From: Nitrosopumilaceae archaeon
GTDB taxonomy: Archaea > Thermoproteota > Nitrososphaeria > Nitrososphaerales > Nitrosopumilaceae
Direction of reading: 5' to 3'
NCBI GenBank assembly: GCA_965208905.1
Contig: OZ242365.1
Coordinates: forward strand, 2,016,001-2,080,000
DNA: 64,000 nucleotides
Positions 59,459-64,000 of the stretch are shown in pieces. How positions within the stretch are numbered: the first letter of the stretch is position 1; each line of letters opens with the position of its first letter. Both the position numbers and the translations under genes were made by a program. The notes under the pieces are model-generated. The model had not been told where the DNA came from, searched no databases, and saw only the letters and a list, made by a program, of their open reading frames with translations.

Positions 59459-60307
59459 ATGGTCACAGTAGGTATAGCATATGACCGCCTGCGTCTTGAG
59501 GAGAAGATGTTGGCAAAGGCTGCGCAATCTTTGGGATATGACGCCATATTGTACGATGTAAAACAGGCCAAGACCAGTACTGATGATGACAATATCGATG
59601 TCGGGGATGTCGTCCTAGAGCGATGTGTCAGCTACTATCGGGGCCTACACTTTACATCATATTTGGAGTTCTTAGATATACCCACAATCAACAGGTTCAA
59701 AGTTGCCAGTACGTGCGGAAACAAGATGTTTGTCACATTATTACTAAAGAAGCACAACATACCCACACCCACAACACACTTTGCATACTCTGCTGAGTCT
59801 GTTACATCCATGATGGAGCAGATAGGTTACCCCAAGGTGATAAAGCCAGTGGTGGGTAGCTGGGGACGGGGCATAATACCATTAAGGGATCGTGATGCTG
59901 TTGATGCTGTAATCGAGATACGCAAAGTCACCGATGCACCGCTAGACCGAGTATACTACCTGCAAGACGTCATAGACAGACCTCCTCGGGACATTCGTGT
60001 CATAACTGTGGATGATACGCCCATTGCTGCCATGTATAGAACTTCAGAAGGGTTTCGTACTAATGTCTCAATGGGTGGAGACCCACAACCCTGCAGTCAT
60101 ACCGGTGAGATTGGGGAGTTGGCGGCACGCGCATCCAAAGCCGTTGGCGGCGGCATTCTGGGAGTAGATATGATGGAAGATAAAGACCAGGGTATAACAG
60201 TACATGAGGTGAATAACACAGTAGAGTTCCGAGGCATATCTAGAGTATCTGATACTGATATAGCCAATGAAATGATACAATATGCAGTATCACAACTCAG
60301 GAAATAA
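59459..60307 (+). CDS. lysX: LysW ligase LysX/ArgX (ATP-grasp)
   Basis: RLEEKML, ERCVS, KPVVGSWGR, RDIRV, HEVN.TVEF. Confidence 0.9.
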   Translation: MVTVGIAYDRLRLEEKMLAKAAQSLGYDAILYDVKQAKTSTDDDNIDVGDVVLERCVSYYRGLHFTSYLEFLDIPTINRFKVASTCGNKMFVTLLLKKHNIPTPTTHFAYSAESVTSMMEQIGYPKVIKPVVGSWGRGIIPLRDRDAVDAVIEIRKVTDAPLDRVYYLQDVIDRPPRDIRVITVDDTPIAAMYRTSEGFRTNVSMGGDPQPCSHTGEIGELAARASKAVGGGILGVDMMEDKDQGITVHEVNNTVEFRGISRVSDTDIANEMIQYAVSQLRK

Positions 60308-60333
60308 ATTATAGTAAATATATCACAACAATC

Positions 60334-61380
60334 ATGAGAGTAGGCGTTATTGGCGCATCCGGCTATGTGGGGGGCGAAGTACTTCGACTATTAGTGAATC
60401 ACCCCGATGTGGAGATAACTGCGGTCACATCCAGAAAGCATGCTGGACAGTATCTGCACCGCATACAGCCTAGCCTGAAGGGATTTACGGATTTGACATT
60501 CTCTGAGCTGGATTATGACAAACTCTCTGACAAGTGCGATCTCATAATAACGGCGGTTCCCCATGGCAATGCTACTGAGATAGTAAAGGCATTCTATGAC
60601 AGAGGCATACGAATCATAGATTTGAGTGCGGACTACAGATTACATAACCCCGATGACTACACAAAATGGTACGGTTGGGACCATCCACATCCGGACTATT
60701 TGGAAAAATCAGTCTTTGGAGTTCCTGAACTACACCGGGACAAGATAAAGAATGCCCAACTAGTGTCCTGTCCTGGTTGTATGGCAGTTACATCGACACT
60801 AGCATTAGCGCCTCTAATATCAAACGATATAATAGACACAAAATACATAGTAGTGGACTCTAAGATAGGTTCGTCCGGAGCAGGCGCAGGGGCTGGAACT
60901 GCCCATGCCATGCGCGCCGGAGTAATACGCCCTTACAAGCCAAGTAAGCACCGTCACACCGGTGAGATAGAACAAGAGCTGAGTGCCCTAGCAGGCTCCT
61001 CAATACGCGTATCCATGAGTCCTCATGCTGTGGATGTTGTTCGGGGAATATTATGTACAAACCACACATTTCTAAAGAAGGATGTCACATCCAAGGAGTT
61101 GTGGCGCATATACCGGGAAGCATACAGCAAGGAGAAGTTTGTCCGCTTGATTAGGGACCAACAGGGTCTGTACAAGTTTCCCGACCCCAAGTTTCTGGTG
61201 GGTTCCAACTTTTGTGATATTGGCTTTGATATAGACCCGGACAATAATCGCCTAATAGCAATATCGGCCTCGGACAATCTGATGAAGGGTGCTGCAGGCT
61301 CGGCAGTTCAGAACCTCAACGTAATGCATGGACTTGATGAGATGGTGGGCCTGCGATACACGCCATTGACGCCGGTATGA
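60334..61380 (+). CDS. argC: N-acetyl-gamma-glutamyl-phosphate / LysW-aminoadipate-phosphate reductase (ArgC/LysY)
   Basis: GASGYVG, DLSADYR, PGC, DNLMKGAAG. Confidence 0.93.
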   Translation: MRVGVIGASGYVGGEVLRLLVNHPDVEITAVTSRKHAGQYLHRIQPSLKGFTDLTFSELDYDKLSDKCDLIITAVPHGNATEIVKAFYDRGIRIIDLSADYRLHNPDDYTKWYGWDHPHPDYLEKSVFGVPELHRDKIKNAQLVSCPGCMAVTSTLALAPLISNDIIDTKYIVVDSKIGSSGAGAGAGTAHAMRAGVIRPYKPSKHRHTGEIEQELSALAGSSIRVSMSPHAVDVVRGILCTNHTFLKKDVTSKELWRIYREAYSKEKFVRLIRDQQGLYKFPDPKFLVGSNFCDIGFDIDPDNNRLIAISASDNLMKGAAGSAVQNLNVMHGLDEMVGLRYTPLTPV

Positions 61381-62177
61381 TCACCATTAAAATTGGTGGC
61401 AGTATTGTGGATGGCCTGCATCCAACATTTGTATCTGATATTGCGTCCCTGCGCCAGGATGGCGTAGTGATAGTTCATGGGGGTGGCAAAGAAGTAACCA
61501 AGGTATGCTCTCAGATGGGCATTCAGCCACGATTTGTGACATCGCCTAGCGGCATTCGCAGCAGATATACTGATGCAGATACGATGAGTGTGTTTGCGAT
61601 GGTGATGGCTGGTCGCATAAATCAAGGAATAGTACAAATGTTGCAGAAGAATGGCATCCCTGCCGTGGGACTGGCAGGTGCGGATGCTCGCATACTTGAG
61701 GCCGCAAGAAAGAAGAGACTGTTAATAATAAATGATAAAGGTCGCAAGCAGGCAATAGATGGAGGATACACCGGAAAGATAACATCCGTAAATCATGTAT
61801 TTTTAAAGAGACTACTTGATGATGGATTTATTCCGGTCATATCCCCGATAGCACTTAGCGAGGAGCATGAACCACTAAACGTGGATGGTGATCGAGCCGC
61901 CGCCAATGTGGCCGGAGCCATAAAGTCAGATAGTGTGATATTTGTTACGGACGTAGATGGATTACTCATGGATGATAGTCTGGTACCAAGACTGACACTG
62001 CAGGAAGCCCGGGATGTTCGCTCCAGAGTCGGGCCGGGTATGGAGAAGAAGATACTTGCATCCACTGAAGCTTTGGAGATGGGAGTGAAACATGCCATAA
62101 TCGCGTGCGGTCAGAGGAGCAACCCTATAACTCGGGCCATAATGCAAGAGAATTGTACGGTGATTGATGATGGGTGA
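61377..62177 (+). CDS. argB: [LysW]-aminoadipate/glutamate kinase (LysZ/ArgB)
   Basis: KIGGS, VHGGG, SRYTD, NVDGDRAA, GMEKK. Confidence 0.92.
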   Translation: MITIKIGGSIVDGLHPTFVSDIASLRQDGVVIVHGGGKEVTKVCSQMGIQPRFVTSPSGIRSRYTDADTMSVFAMVMAGRINQGIVQMLQKNGIPAVGLAGADARILEAARKKRLLIINDKGRKQAIDGGYTGKITSVNHVFLKRLLDDGFIPVISPIALSEEHEPLNVDGDRAAANVAGAIKSDSVIFVTDVDGLLMDDSLVPRLTLQEARDVRSRVGPGMEKKILASTEALEMGVKHAIIACGQRSNPITRAIMQENCTVIDDG

Positions 62178-63348
62178 GGATGACTACACAGGAAACCTAT
62201 ACCAAAAGTTTCCTGTAACTGTAAGGCGCGGTCAGGGAGCCGTCATCTGGGATGAGAATGACACTGAATATATAGACATGATGGGAGGTTACGGAGTTGC
62301 AATAGTCGGACACTGCAATGAGCGTGTTGTAAAGGCCATAAAAGAACAAGTAGATAACATAATTACAGTACACAGCTCATTATATAACAAAAGTCGCGAA
62401 AAGTTCCTAGATCTGTTATCGTCTGTAGCTCCTGATGGTCTGTCGGGCATACACCTGAACAACAGTGGTGCCGAATCCATAGAGGCAGCTATAAAGTTTG
62501 CGCGCAAGTTCACATCAAAGAGAGGTGTAGTTGCCATGCGCGGCTCGTATCATGGCAAGTCCATGGGAGCACTATCATTAACATTCAATCCGAAATACCG
62601 AAGACCCTTTGCACCCCTACTGTCTGATGTATCCTTTGCTAAATTTGGCGATACAGAGTCATTGGACGATTCAATAACTGATGACACTGGCATGGTGATA
62701 GTAGAACCCGTACAGGGTGAGAGTGGTATACATGTGGCTCCTGATGGGTTTTTACAGCATATGCGCCGCATATGTGATGAAAGAGATATACTGTTGGTCT
62801 TTGATGAGGTGCAGGCGGGCCTGGGCCGTACCGGTAGGATGTGGGCGGGCTCTCATTGGGATGTGGTTCCAGATATAATGTGTGTGGCAAAGGGTATGGC
62901 CGGAGGCGTTCCCATGGGCGCCACACTAACAAGACCCGACATACTATCATGCATATCAAAGGGGGAGCACTCATCCACATTTGGAGGAAACCCACTGTCT
63001 TGCGCCGCTGGCGAGGCCACATTCAACGCCCTGCTCAAGGATGGTCTTGTGCAGAATGCATCTAGTGTGGGACTACACATACGAGAGTCTTTAAACAGAA
63101 TGCAAAAGAGCCACCCACTGATTCGTGATGTTCGTGGCCTTGGCCTCATGATTGGTGTCGAGTTGCGCTTTGAGGTACGCGACATACTACATGAACTAAT
63201 AAAAGAAGGCGTACTGATGCTGTACTCTGGCCGAAACGTCTTGCGCATGCTGCCTCCTCTGGTACTCACAAAAGAGCAGGCAGATACTGTCTTGTATAAA
63301 CTTGAAAAGGCAATACAAAATGAAGAGAGAAAGAGGGGGTTGATGTAA
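62167..63348 (+). CDS. argD: Acetylornithine / [LysW]-semialdehyde aminotransferase (ArgD/LysJ)
   Basis: NSGAES, EPVQGESG, DEVQAGLGRTG, AKGMAGG, STFGGNP. Confidence 0.92.
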   Translation: MMGEDDYTGNLYQKFPVTVRRGQGAVIWDENDTEYIDMMGGYGVAIVGHCNERVVKAIKEQVDNIITVHSSLYNKSREKFLDLLSSVAPDGLSGIHLNNSGAESIEAAIKFARKFTSKRGVVAMRGSYHGKSMGALSLTFNPKYRRPFAPLLSDVSFAKFGDTESLDDSITDDTGMVIVEPVQGESGIHVAPDGFLQHMRRICDERDILLVFDEVQAGLGRTGRMWAGSHWDVVPDIMCVAKGMAGGVPMGATLTRPDILSCISKGEHSSTFGGNPLSCAAGEATFNALLKDGLVQNASSVGLHIRESLNRMQKSHPLIRDVRGLGLMIGVELRFEVRDILHELIKEGVLMLYSGRNVLRMLPPLVLTKEQADTVLYKLEKAIQNEERKRGLM

Positions 63349-63350
63349 GG

Positions 63351-63767
63351 TTGCCAGACTACAATCCTGACGAGACCGACTGCATAATACTAAACATACT
63401 AGAGGAGAATGGTCGTGAATCATTGGCCAATATTGCCAAAGATGCAGGAATGTCGACTGCGGCAGTTGGCCGGCGAATACGAAAGATGGTGGACTCGGGT
63501 GTAATTCGCAAGTTTACTATAGAACGAAATGAGGCGGGAGCCATAGTACTGGTATCGGTGGATGCCGAGCACGATACTGCCCAAATATCTGAAATGTTGT
63601 CACAGTCATTAGGCATAAAGACAGTATACGAGATAACTGGCCAGTATGATATCGCTTGTATAATACGTGCTGCAGCCATACCTGAGATAAACGATCGTAT
63701 AGATGAGTTGCGCCGAACCCCAGGTGTAGCCGACACCAACACTGTAATAATACTACGTCGTGTCTGA
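63351..63767 (+). CDS. lysM: Lrp/AsnC transcriptional regulator LysM
   Basis: HTH plus YEITGQYDI...TNTVIIL; position after lysJ/argD. Confidence 0.82.
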   Translation: MPDYNPDETDCIILNILEENGRESLANIAKDAGMSTAAVGRRIRKMVDSGVIRKFTIERNEAGAIVLVSVDAEHDTAQISEMLSQSLGIKTVYEITGQYDIACIIRAAAIPEINDRIDELRRTPGVADTNTVIILRRV

Positions 63768-63851
63768 GGCGTATGTCGTCTGCACTATCTGAATTTCACA
63801 TACCTGTAAATTTTGTATGTGATTTTCAGGTTTGATACAATTACAGCATGA

Positions 63852-64000
63852 TTACTTTAATACTTCTCCTGTACCTACTGCCTTGTCAAGTTTTTCAGTG
63901 ATGTGTACTATGTCATTTTTTATCTTTTCATATTCGGGAAAACCTTTTCCTACACCGCTTGCCGGTTTTATCTTTTCAAAACGTGTCATAAATGACTGAA
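63852..64000 (-). CDS. C-terminal end of an unidentified CDS (truncated by window)
   Basis: Open frame ...QSFMTRFEKIKPASGVGKGFPEYEKIKNDIVHITEKLDKAVGTGEVLK*. Confidence 0.45.
   Translation of the reverse strand, partial: QSFMTRFEKIKPASGVGKGFPEYEKIKNDIVHITEKLDKAVGTGEVLK

Noticed and set aside
1-64000. tRNA/rRNA/SRP/RNase P genes
   Set aside because: No T-loop GTTCRA cloverleaf or other diagnostic motifs were recognised by eye; tRNAscan-SE/Infernal would be decisive.

Overview
Archaeal chromosomal segment from an ammonia-oxidising Nitrososphaerota (Thaumarchaeota, Nitrosopumilaceae-like). Markers are a eukaryote-type topoisomerase IB, TBP, proteasome alpha, Alba, Sec61beta, deoxyhypusine synthase and a LysW-type lys/arg cluster. 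Most of the window is housekeeping: helicases, 2-oxoacid:ferredoxin oxidoreductase, ergothioneine egtBD, siroheme/heme genes, glnA and argG-lysX-argC-argB-argD-lysM. It is interrupted by IS481, IS3 and IS5 elements, an IS5 relic, a MITE and pseudogenes. The most striking signal is two very divergent TnpB (RNA-guided RuvC) genes with intact catalytic residues and no TnpA. Both sit in cassettes bounded by terminal inverted repeats starting GGGAATTA(TATAC). One has a perfect 20-bp TIR and an 8-bp target-site duplication, which is a DDE (IS1595/ISNwi1-like) signature rather than IS200/IS605 ends. The other has 84-bp inverted ends that duplicate the omega-RNA 3' scaffold, so it could produce outward-pointing guides from both ends. 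A second recurring pattern is a set of GC-rich multi-hairpin intergenic elements, most starting about 40-50 nt upstream of a start codon on the opposite strand (candidate divergent ncRNAs). Also noted: an unannotated 45-aa Cys-rich protein ending in GGG opposite a JAMM protease, and two GC-rich genes that may be imports (glnA, SPFH). All calls were made by eye, without database searches.
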